A stretch of 64,000 nucleotides of DNA from Paraspadella gotoi (Eukaryota > Animalia > Chaetognatha), in NCBI GenBank assembly GCA_051294375.1, contig CM119266.1:10069677-10133676 (forward strand), in the 5' to 3' direction. The position numbers and the translations under genes are program-made. Position 1 is the first letter of the stretch. Every line of letters starts with the position of its first letter. The notes beneath the pieces were generated by a model. That model did no database searches. It saw only the letters and a program-made list of their open reading frames with translations, and was not told the origin of the DNA. Below are positions 13,760-24,076 of the stretch, piece by piece.

Positions 13760-14252
13760 TCGAAAACAGAACATTTTCGTTGGATGATTGCGGTTGAAGC
13801 AATTGACCGTCATGGTTATGGAATTGATCAAATTCACTCTGGCCGCTAAACAAAAAAAAACCTCTACGACGACATTGCAATGTTGGAGGAATGGTCTTAC
13901 CGCAATTATGAAAAGTTTTTAAAGTTGAAGAATTTAATGAGGGTTGAAAAAAACATTTTGCACAAAGGGAGACAAATTCCGAATCTTGAGAAAGCCGATA
14001 TTTTCTTTTTGAGCTTTGTTTCAAGATTCATATTGAGCCAAAAAAAACAACAACTTGTCGCCAAAATTCAGCGGAAGAGTAACAATGAAAACCATTCTAC
14101 CAAAATCGAAATCGGTGCTAAGGAACTCGAAGTAAATTTGTCAGACATCCACAAAATCGTTTCAAAGTTATTTGACGATCCGAAACAAAAAGAAAAATGG
14201 TGGAGTTATTTTCAAAGACTCAAAGAGGAGCCTTTGGACGAAACGGAAGGAG
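13760..14252 (+). CDS. Exon encoding HEPN-like (DZIP3-type) domain, copy 1, of the kinase-RNase locus
   Basis: Reads EHFRWMIAVEAIDRHG / MELIKFTLAAKQKK / NLYDDIAMLEEWSYRNYEK...GRQIPNLEKADIFFLSFV...KIQRKSNNENHST...LSDIHKIVSKLF, with two frameshifts near 13815 and 13855. It aligns with the exon at 15698. GTAAG donor at 14253. The HEPN call comes from the DIxFL motif plus the (R/S)NxxxH motif at 14078-14095. Confidence 0.6.
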
Positions 14253-14299
14253 GTAAGAAATTCTCTAATACTTTAATTAATTTATATATACTAAAGTGA

Positions 14300-15490
14300 C
14301 CTAGAGTACCGTTCTGACGGAATGGATACACTTGATAAAGGATAGCCCTTTGTTGTTAGTAATCCGGATCCGGCGACAGGCTTGCAACTGGCGATTCAAC
14401 CGGCCCGTCACTCTTTGGCAATGGACAGAATTGTTCGAAAATGAAGCGTTAGCCCAATGCCATATTTTATCACTTATCCAACGGGTAGTAGATATTGTGT
14501 TACCCCAACAATTGCGCGTCAAAATTATAACTACCCTAGGCTCAAGTTTAATATCCTGAGCCAAATCCAATGATACAAAATAAACCACTGGCATACTTCA
14601 CTGTATTGAGACAGACTCAATTAGATTTTTTTAATTGATAGATAAATTTTAAACATTTTTTATGCATAAATTTCATTTTAATTTATAATCATTAAAAACT
14701 TTAAATTTATTTTCCAACAAAGGTGGTTTAATCGCCATGTTGTCGGCAAATCGCACTATAAACCTTTTTTGGTGCATAGGAGGGTGACACTCCAGCTTTT
14801 ATTGAAATAATTCTAGCAAGCTGACAACCATGACCAAGAATCCTTGTCTGTGCCAAAAAGATTATTGGCAAGATGACGAGTTGTTCCAACTGCCTATCAT
14901 TAGCCTGTCCTCCCTGGAAAAACAGAAAAAGCAGGAGTTGGCTTTTGTAAAACTATTGTCAATTTTAAAGAATAGGTAGTTAACGCAAGAAAAAGTGACT
15001 AGTGAGACATAGCATCTCCTGATTAAAAGTTTTTTAATGTAATTTTTACAGAAAAAACAGCTCCAGAAGTGGGTATAATCCTTAGCCATCCTGAGGTTCC
15101 AATCTGTAACATATTAATATTTTATTATGGTAATTCCAATTCAAATAAAAGCAGAAACCAAAGTTTTTATCAATATTTGATTTTTGTAATGACGAATAAA
15201 CAGAGCTGCTTTTGGACAAGGTTTTTTGCTCCATGAAGAATAATTTTTTCTAGCGATGCATAATTTTTTTTACCTTTTTGGAAACCATTTTGAGAAAGTT
15301 TTAATTATTGAATTTAATTATTTATTTCTAGGCTGACTTAATAAGAATTTGTAATTCAATCTCGTCTGCCCGTTAAAGTAAAGTTTCTACGGGTTTTTTG
15401 ATATTATTGATACTAATAAAATAATAATTATCCAAAGACTCTTGTCGTACTCTTTAAACGGGCGACGTCTAGAACGCGCGACACCTTGAG
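14300..15490 (+). CDS. Fragmentary short exons with WD40-like motifs
   Basis: SGDRLATGDSTG/PVTLWQW (14363-14424, frameshifted), GGLIAMLSANRTINLFW (14722-14772) and LSYSLNGRRL (15442-15471), separated by short AT-rich GT..AG intron-like tracts. The exon structure cannot be resolved. Confidence 0.4.
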
Positions 15491-15697
15491 GCATGAAAAT
15501 AACATATATTTTCTGCAAATATTTTTAAGCAATGTTTTGGACTTTTTAAAAACGTCAATGATTTTTATATCAAATAGTATCATAAATTTTATTTATTGGC
15601 ATATAGTGTAATGTGTAATTAATTGTTATTTTGCATCATTTAATTTGGCTCACGGGGTATTATATTTTTTGACCATACAAATTTTGTTTCCTTGAAG

Positions 15698-16363
15698 GAT
15701 TTTTTACTCTGAACCAATACCGTTGGTTTCGCATTAATGTTGCGATTCAAGATGGTGGAAGAAAAATGCTTCAGCAACTGGTACAGATAGATCTACAGAA
15801 AAAATATAAATTGAGCTTTGATAACAAACTATGGGAGAGGTGGTGTATTGACAACTATGATGAATTAAAAAAATGTCGGTTTTATTTGTCTCAAACAAAG
15901 GTCTCTATAAATGGAAAAGCTGTACCACGTTTAGAATTTATAGATGTCTCTTTTTTACACGGTGTTATTCTCTTAATAAACCCCAAACGAAAGGAGGTCA
16001 TGTGGCGCTTGACAGACTTAAGAATCAAAACCGTTAATCTTGAGTATGATCTCGACGAATCTAAATTCAATTCACTTTTCGACGATTTATTTAAAATCTG
16101 CANNNNNNNNNNNNNNNNNNNNNNNNNNNNNNNNNNNNNNNNNNNNNNNNNNNNNNNNNNNNNNNNNNNNNNNNNNNNNNNNNNNNNNNNNNNNNNNNNN
16201 NNNNNNNNNNNNNNNNNNNNNNNNNNNNNNNNNNNNNNNNNNNNNNNNNNNNNNNNNNNNNNNNNNNNNNNNNNNNNNNNNNNNNNNNNNNNNNNNNNNN
16301 NNNNNNNNNNNNNNNTGGAGTACATTAAGATTCAACAGATTGACGGAGATCAACTGAACCCAA
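15698..16363 (+). CDS. Exon encoding HEPN-like (DZIP3-type) domain, copy 2 (interrupted by an assembly gap)
   Basis: Acceptor TTTCCTTGAAG ends at 15697. Open frame FFTLNQYRWFRINVAIQDGGRKMLQQLVQ...WERWCIDNY...GKAVPRLEFIDVSFLHGV...WRLTDLRIKTVNLEYDLDESKFNSLFDDLFKIC, then N-gap 16103-16315, then YIKIQQIDGDQLNP and a phase-1 GTAAGT donor at 16364. Confidence 0.7.
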
Positions 16364-16401
16364 GTAAGTTAAAAAAATGTTTGGAATTTGATGATAAATA
16401 A

Positions 16402-16512
16402 GCCATAGCGTTTCAGGCTAACTTACTCTACAAATTGAGCTTTTTTAGTATTTTCTGAACTTACCATGCTTCATTGCTTGTGTAATTGTATTAGCCTGAA
16501 ACCGCAAATGGC
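16402..16512. mobile_element. ~110-bp palindromic MITE-like insert inside intron 16364-16656
   Basis: GCCATAGCGTTTCAGGCTAA ... TTAGCCTGAAACCGCAAATGGC form ~20-bp imperfect terminal inverted repeats, with weaker inner complementarity. Confidence 0.6.
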
Positions 16513-16656
16513 AGAAGTTAACTTACTGAGGGTATGTAGCTCATAAAACAAGTACATGTGCAACGCATCCTGGCATTCCTGGGCCACAAATTAATACATA
16601 TTTAATATTTTTATTGCTTTTTGCCTTCAATGACATTACACTTACTTTCTTATCAG

Positions 16657-18600
16657 GTTCCCTTACAACATCTACAGGACAACGCTTTACTATTGATTTC
16701 AAAACACTTCTTTAGATAAAACACACCTAACAATCCCGTAGTTTTTGAGGGCAAAATGCTGACAAAGTGACAGTAGCTATAAAGTCAATACAACTGACTG
16801 ATACAAGGAAACATTTACAATTCAGCGAACAGTGTGAGAATAATTCGTAAGTTTGACAGACATCAAAATCTGATTTCATTTCTTTGGTGATGCAAAGGAC
16901 GAATGCCAGGGCAGACCGACAGTTGGATATCTTTTAATGGAGAAATGCGAAGCTACTTTGAGAGACGGTCGTCAATGGTTTTGAGCTACCCGGACAACTG
17001 ATTTAAAAAGAAAGGCAGTAACTGGAACTGGCAAAAATCTTTTGACTGGTTTAGCAGTACTTGCACACGGGTATAAGACCTATTGTTCACAGAGATATTA
17101 AACCGGATAACTGTTTTATAAAGATAGACGCAAGAAATAATACAATCACAGGAAAACTCGGTGACTTTGGGGTCAGTAAAGAAATGAGTAGTTGTCAATA
17201 TGAAACAACTGCCATCCATGGACATGAATATTATAGATCTCCAGAGCTTTTGCAGTTTCATTTGGAGTCAAAGTAAAATTAACACCAGAAGAACATCATT
17301 TTTCGGATGTTTTTGCACTGGGTGGTACTCTGGGAGAGTTGTTTACAGGAAAACATCCATTTTTAGGAACAAGCGAGTATACCTTTAATATTCAGAATAA
17401 TATTAGTGATGGAAAATTTAATTTTCTACCTTTTTTGAATATCCCGTATGAAGCTAAAATAGGAATGTGCAATCTCATACTGGCCATGACCTATTTTACA
17501 GCGACTAAAAGACCCACCGCAAGTAAATGCATGGAGCATCTGATATTTCAGAATCCTACACACAAAATACAGAAAGAGCGAATAGAGATCAATCAGTTAC
17601 TGAATGATAAAAAGGACCAAGAAGAAAAGCAAATATCATTCAACAGTATAATGAAAACTCAGAATTGATCTTGGGATGTAACGGAAACTGGCTGAAAAGT
17701 TTCTCACCACAATTTCATCCTTACTTGACTGGAGAGCGAGGTAAACTAAGCAAATATGATATCGCCCAAGCTTCTGAGCTTCGGCGTTGTTTGAGAAACA
17801 TCTTCACACATGCGGTTAGTCACTCTGACATTGAGGAAGTAGTGGGAATAACTCAACCGAGACAAGAGACATCCATAGGTACTTTAACAAAATATACCCT
17901 TGGTTGGATTGCCACGACTTGTGGTTCATCAAGTTTCTATGTGACAAACTTGATATTTTTGGGGAGAAAAATTTTTCAATACGAGTTAGAGAACAGATGC
18001 ATCAAGGAATTTGAAGAAAAAAAGGCCATTCTTCCTTTGCAAAAAAATAATGAAATTTTTATTGAGGGAACCGAAAAAATTGTAATTAAGCAAGAAAAAG
18101 TGTTCGCTTTAATTTCTGTCGGGACCATCAAAAAACTACTTCGTTCAAAGAAAAAAAGCAACTTTCTGATTTCCAACTCCTTGGGAGACACGTTATCTGA
18201 CGAAGACTGCGTTCTCGATGGATCGACGCTGCGGGCAGAAAAAATCAGGGAGCTTAAGATCTCTCTCGTAAGCAGAGAAAGATTCCAGATGCAAGAGATG
18301 GAACTTGAAGCCAACGGTGATTTGATGATCGCCGAGCTCGTCGCTGAAGCCGTAGAACAATTGCCACGTGACTTCAAGAAAAAGATCAAATTCATGAGGT
18401 TGCGAAGTTCGAACGATAAGTTGCTGGATCCTAAGAAGACCCTGGAGGAGCAAGCCGTCTTCAGCGGATGCAAGTTGGTAGCCGAGTTCATTGACGATAT
18501 CGACTCGTTCTGGTTACCGATTGGAGGAGAAGATGAAGAGGAGAACAAATCAGAGGGAAGCGATGAAGATGTGATCGAATGGGGCGGTTTGTTTGAGTAG
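16657..18600 (+). CDS. IRE1/RNase L-family Ser/Thr kinase + KEN ribonuclease + C-terminal ubiquitin-like domain(s); long terminal exon with several apparent frameshifts
   Basis: The acceptor TTTCTTATCAG ends at 16656 and joins in phase (SSLTTSTGQRFTIDFKTLL). Kinase motifs: VFEGK, VAIK (16773-16784), IIRKFDRHQNLISFFG, YLLMEKCEATL, HRDIKPDN (17088-17111), DFG (17163-17171), YRSPE, SDVFALG, TGKHPF, KRPTASKCMEHLIF. KEN: NWLKSF...SKYDIAQASELRRCLRNIFTH (17794-17811) and, in a shifted frame, RYFNKIYPWL (17877-17906). UBL-like: 18050-18240 and 18244-18489, then an acidic tail and TAG at 18598-18600. Confidence 0.88.
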
Positions 18601-18778
18601 TTGTTGACGCTGCATTGAAAAAATTTGTGTGTGACTATATCTGTATCTAATCATTAAATTTTTTGAAATTTAAATAGGTATGTCTTTATTGTTTATATCT
18701 ATTATGTAGTATTCAAAAAGATTCAATCTTAAAGTTAAACTTTTTGAGCGGAAAACTAAAAAAATAAGATCGGTTCAG

Positions 18779-18833
<55 letters not shown>

Positions 18834-18834
18834 A

Positions 18835-18872
<38 letters not shown>

Positions 18873-19313
18873 GAGATTTCCTCGGGTTTGTTTATGTTTT
18901 AGGGTCATCGCTTGGATGGGAAAAAAAACGGCCGCCATATTTTTTTGTTCTCTCTCGAGATGGAGGACGCGCGAGGATGGAATAAACAAAGGGCCTGGTC
19001 CGTCAGGCGGGATGGATGGTCAAGATGCCAGGCGAGAGACGTGGATCGTTACGGGGGTTAAAAACGTCTGTCTTATGTGGAAAGGGTTAGAAGCAACTCC
19101 CATGATGGGTGCGTCCTTATGGGGGGTCATTATGTCAGAAACGACGTCTCTCATACTGTGTCAATATGCATTTTTTATCGAGATCAATAGAGTTAAAAAT
19201 AAAAATTAAACATCTGTCACTCGCAATAAATGTTAGGCAATATTTATAATTTTTTTACCAAAAATTTTTTCTGTTACATTGGACATTAGACAATATCAGC
19301 CTATTTATAAATA

Positions 19314-19368
19314 AATGAATGAATGAATGAATGAATGAATGAATGAATGAATGAATGAATGAATGAAT
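19314..19368 (+). repeat. (GAAT)n microsatellite
   Basis: About 13 direct GAAT copies. Confidence 0.95.
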
Positions 19369-19974
19369 CATTTTTATAATGGTTTTTATCCATTTTTAAA
19401 CACGTCAAGGACATAAAAAATTATACAAAAACCCTGCCACTCTTTATGCCACTCACAATGCCACTCTTGATTGCCTTTCATAATGCACTCACCAGACTCC
19501 GACCTTGATGCCGAAAGAAGATGAAAGCCGAGCGTCTTCGTATCTCGGCCGAGGTCAAAGATCATAATCCCTAGGGTCAAACATCTGAGTCAAAAACTCG
19601 GAAGGTCAAGCTCAAGTCACGAGACGAGGTCACTAAAAAAAAAGGTCATATAAGCGGAGGTCGAGATGTCACTGACCAGTGAATATAACCGTCGCCGTCA
19701 CAATGTCACTCTCACGTGAAAATTGGAAAGCGACTAGAAAATCTGCGATTGTCACGAGAAGACTCTTTGAGCGTAACCCGGATGCGGTTTTCTGGCTCGG
19801 GGGCGAGAATGAACATCCGGAGGTTTGGCTCGGGGGGGGGGAAATGGGTTCTGGAGAAACGTAATGAGGGTGGCATTCATTGGACAAGAAGCCAACGAAG
19901 AAAAGTAGCAAAATAGCAAAAGAACAAAACAAATAGAATAAAGCAAAAGAGAAGGAGGAATAGCGCTTTGTGAT

Positions 19975-20140
19975 CATCTGGTGGCTAAACACCAAAAAAT
20001 GTTGGCAAAGGTTGCAAAAGTGCAAAAAATGGTAAAAACGCTAAAAGGGCAAAAGTGGAAAAATGTCACAGGTGGCTAAAAGGCACAAGTGGCAAAAGGG
20101 CACGGTGGAAAAAGAGCACAGGTGGCAAAAGGGCACTGGA
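19975..20140 (+). repeat. Degenerate ~19-bp tandem repeat (GTGGCAAAAGGGCACAG-like)
   Basis: GTGGCTAAAAGGCACAA, GTGGCAAAAGGGCACG, GTGGAAAAAGAGCACAG and GTGGCAAAAGGGCACTG occur in succession. Confidence 0.65.
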
Positions 20141-20216
20141 GAGAAGAGACGCATAACTAAAGTGGATTTCGCTGACTGAGTGATTTGGTCGTCTGTCAGA
20201 GAGAGAGAGGAGAGAG

Positions 20217-20249
<33 letters not shown>

Positions 20250-20405
20250 AGAGACTGAGAGAGGAGAGACGAGAGAGAGGAGAGGAGGAGACCGAGAGAG
20301 GAGCAGGGATACCGCAGAATCAGCCTGCCAGCCATGACAGCAATAAAGATAGAGAAGATATCGGCAGAGACCCGTCGGCTCAAGGTGAATCAGACAGAGA
20401 GAGAC

Positions 20406-20439
<34 letters not shown>

Positions 20440-20624
20440 AGAGGATGAGAGAGATGAGCAGATGAGAGAGAGAGAGAGAGAGAGAGATAAAAATTTTGGC
20501 AAAAAGAAATAACAAAGCTGAAAGTTTAGAGAAAAGACAAAAAGAATAATTATAAGAAAATAAAACGGATTTTTGTGTCTCATTACTGAACTGAATAACG
20601 ACTGAAGAGGGAAAAAGGAATTGG

Positions 20625-20787
20625 GCTCTATTTTCCAAAAGCCCCATTTTGGTTCTTTAATCTTAAAATTTACTTCCTAACCCTAATCCCTAACCTAATT
20701 CATTAACCTAACCTTATTTTTTTTTTTAATTTTAAAAAAATTAACTTAATTTCGGATGAAATGAAGGCCGTTCTGGGAAAATAGAGC
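20625..20787. mobile_element. Short non-autonomous element with 12-bp inverted repeats and internal (C)CCTAA repeats
   Basis: GCTCTATTTTCC (20625-20636) and GGAAAATAGAGC (20776-20787) are exact reverse complements flanking CCTAACCCTAATCCCTAACCTAA. Related ends plus CCCTAA/TTAGGG tracts occur at 32262-32475 and 38320-38560. Confidence 0.6.
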
Positions 20788-21659
20788 AAGATATGACTTT
20801 TCTTTTTTTATATTATTTTGATTCGTCTGTTTTTTCTTTGCTTTCTTGTGGAATACATATTTTTTCTAAAATTTGAAATCATTTAGCAAAACTAAATTAA
20901 TCGAAGAGGTAAACATATATTATCAAATTATACGCCCGGTTAAATATGTAATCGCTCCGATATGATACAATTTCCGAGGTCAATACGGACAAGACGATGA
21001 CGTAACGGACAAACAATAACAAAAACAACACAACGACGAAACGACTGACAAAAACGAGAAGGATTTCCTCCACGATTTCCTTTTCAAGGTTGGAGTCTCT
21101 CAATTAACCTGAAACTCTGTCCGCGCGACGAAGAAGAGTTCCTCTGCGGTTTTATTTTTGGCTTGAGTGTTGGGGCACGGTGGGGGGGTTGGGAAGGGGC
21201 ATGGGCTCGGCACTCGAGTGGATTGTTAAATTCAGGGTTTAAGGAGGGAGGGCCGAGAATGGAAGGCGGACAGAAAAAGAGAAGCGCGTAGAGAGTGAGA
21301 GATGGAGAGAAACCCAGAGTTGGGAGGCGTTGGCCGAAGCAAGAAGAATGTGGAGACTCCACTTGGGAGAGGAACTGGGCCGTTGTCGTCTGGAAGTGAT
21401 TTGGAAAATGGAGAGGAGAAGGAGAGGAACTTGAGAGCAAAAATTGAAAGAGGGCCAAGGATTACAAAAATGGCATTAAGACGCAAAGCAAGTCGCCCTT
21501 TTTATTTATTTCTCGACAATTTATTTTTCGTATTTTGTAAGAAGCGACAAGAACAAGTTGATTCTGTCTCTTTCTGTTTTTACTCTCTGTTCTCCTCTCT
21601 CTTCTTTTTCCCTCACTCTGTAATATCCTACTGTCTACTGTTTCTCTTCCATTCACAAG

Positions 21660-22230
21660 AAAACTGAAAACTCTTTTAACTCATACAAAGACCAAAATTT
21701 CGTCCCCGGTTAAATAGTTTCACGGTCGCCCAGTTAAAAGAAATGGAGATAATCCTGATCTTCTATTTTGAACACAATCGTGAGTTCAAGGATATGGATT
21801 CGCTTCTTGGTGACCCCGAACTTCCATCTTGCCGTCATCAGTGGCGCAGGAGATGAGCGAATTGAAAGTCGTTTGGCGTATTATTTGAAAAGAAAAAATA
21901 GATGAGAAGTTGAAAACAAACCAATTTATTTTACGTCCTGCAGAAATAAAATTTTTTAAAAAACAGCAACAGGATGTGTTAAGCCAAAGTTTAATTGGAA
22001 AAAATGATTAACTATTCCCTAATGAACAAATGATAACATTAATAACTTGTCAATCGAAACAAAAATCATTATTCATTTTCAGAAGTGCTTCAAGAAAGGC
22101 GCTAAGTGAGGCCATGAAACGGGGTCCTGCGGTTTGGAACCAGGCTTCAGGTTTTCCAGCCCCCAAGGAGGCTTAGGCGCCGTTCGTCCTCACGTTTTCC
22201 CCGCGGGGTAAGTACCATTGCGGATCGATT
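21660..22230 (+). CDS. Coding-like fragment, product unknown (frameshifted)
   Basis: Non-repetitive peptide stretches LNSFTVAQLKEMEIILIFYFEHNREFKDMDSLLGDPE / VISGAGDERIESRLAYYLKRKIDEKLKTNQFILRPAEIKFFKKQQQD / SASRKALSEAMKRGPAVWNQASGF, with a GTAAGT donor near 22208. Confidence 0.35.
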
Positions 22231-22722
22231 CCGTGTACCTAATGGTCATAAGCTATTAGCCGCGGCGCGGTGAACTTTTTGCAATGCCCTAATTACAGCT
22301 ACTTCACACTTACCAAACTCGTTTTCCTCACCCAAAAAACGAAGCTCACCTCAACGCTTCGCTTTATCACTTCAACTCACTTTCACCTTCTACCCCTCAC
22401 CTCTTCTCTTCTCACCCGTGCCTCACCCATCATAATCAACTTGAAGCCTCCTTTCGTGAGAACGACAAGGCGTTATGACCCGAAACTAGAATCCTCGCCC
22501 CTCAACGGCTCTCTCTCTCTCTCTCTCTCTATTCGTCCTCTCTGTCTCTATTTCTCTCTCTCTCCTTAAATCTTTACTTCACTCTGAACTCCATCTCTTT
22601 CTTTATTACTCTTTCTCATTATCGACCAAAATCTAAAATTAACCTTTCCTCCTTTTATAATCTTTTCTCTTCTCTCTCTCTCTCTCTCTTCTTCTCTCTT
22701 TCTCCTCTCTCATCCTCTTCTC

Positions 22723-22764
<42 letters not shown>

Positions 22765-22962
22765 CCCTCTCACTAAAGCAGCAAGAGCCCTTCCTTCTGA
22801 CCTCCACCGTCATATATTCAGAACAAGGGTGTCATAAAATAATTTTTCTTCCTTTTCTCGGTCGCGCAGTTTCTCGCTTAAAGTTTTTCTCTATCTACCT
22901 AACTCTCTCTCTCTCTCTCTCTGTCCTCTCTCTCTCTCTCCTCTCTCTGTCTCTCTCTATCT

Positions 22963-23026
<64 letters not shown>

Positions 23027-23352
23027 CAATCTCTCTCACTGGACTTTCTAAATCAAATTTATAATCAGTATTTTTTTTTATTTTAAACAACTCCCTCTCA
23101 AATATGTGGACATGACCCTTACTCCTTTCTGACTTCTCTCTCTCTCCCTCCCTCTTATCCCACTCCCTCTCGCTTCTGTCTCGACGTCAAGAACAAAACT
23201 GGGAGGGGGAAAAAAGGTGTTGGCATTTGGCGAGAGAGAGAAATTCTCTCCAAACAAAAAGAAGCCTCTTTTGCTTTATGTCAGATTTAGGTTATTGACT
23301 TATTCACTGAACAAAAGAGAGAAAAAGGGAAACTTAGAGAGGCGCGGAACTG

Positions 23353-23402
<50 letters not shown>

Positions 23403-23476
23403 AGAGAGAGAGAGAGAGAGAGAGAGAAAGAGGAAGGAGAGAGAGAGACGAGAGAAGAGAGAGAGAGAGAGAGAGC

Positions 23477-23508
<32 letters not shown>

Positions 23509-24042
23509 CAGAGAGGTGGTCGGTGCCATAAAAGCATTAAGGTCTGACCGTGTTGGGGATGGGGAAGCGGTTTAAGAATAAATGCGAGAGAAACAAACAG
23601 ATTGCAGCAGTTGAAAGGTGCGGATTTTGCAGCGCCCTCTGAGTCTGAGTTCTCTCACTCAAACTTCGCCCAGTCCTCTCGGAAAAATTTTTTGCGCGGC
23701 ACCTCAGTAATGGAGGATGAAAAAGAGCAGATAGCCGGATTTATATTCATAAAACGTAATGGAATGTTAAAAATTTTTACTTTTTAAATTAAAGCAATGA
23801 ACTCCCCACAGCAAATTTTATACTAATTCCCTTCTAAAAATACACACCTTTTGATATCTTGTAATTTATAGTTTTCTTAAATACATAGAAACGGTAGTGG
23901 TATTTGTATTAGAGTAATTTCGAGCCTCAAGTTTAAATTCACAAACTAAAAACCGAAACAGAATCACATTAATCGTTTGTCGTTTGTCGTTGTTCGTTCC
24001 GTCACTCTTTCGCTTTTTCCTTAGATGTTCTATTATGATGAT

Positions 24043-24076
<34 letters not shown>

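Noticed and set aside
17976-18548. 190-aa minus-strand ORF
   Set aside because: Antisense shadow of the UBL-encoding plus-strand frame.
16657-18600. Calling the gene IRE1/ERN1 or RNASEL
   Set aside because: No luminal domain, TM helix or ankyrin repeats are visible, and it has an extra UBL-like tail. Only family-level assignment is supported.
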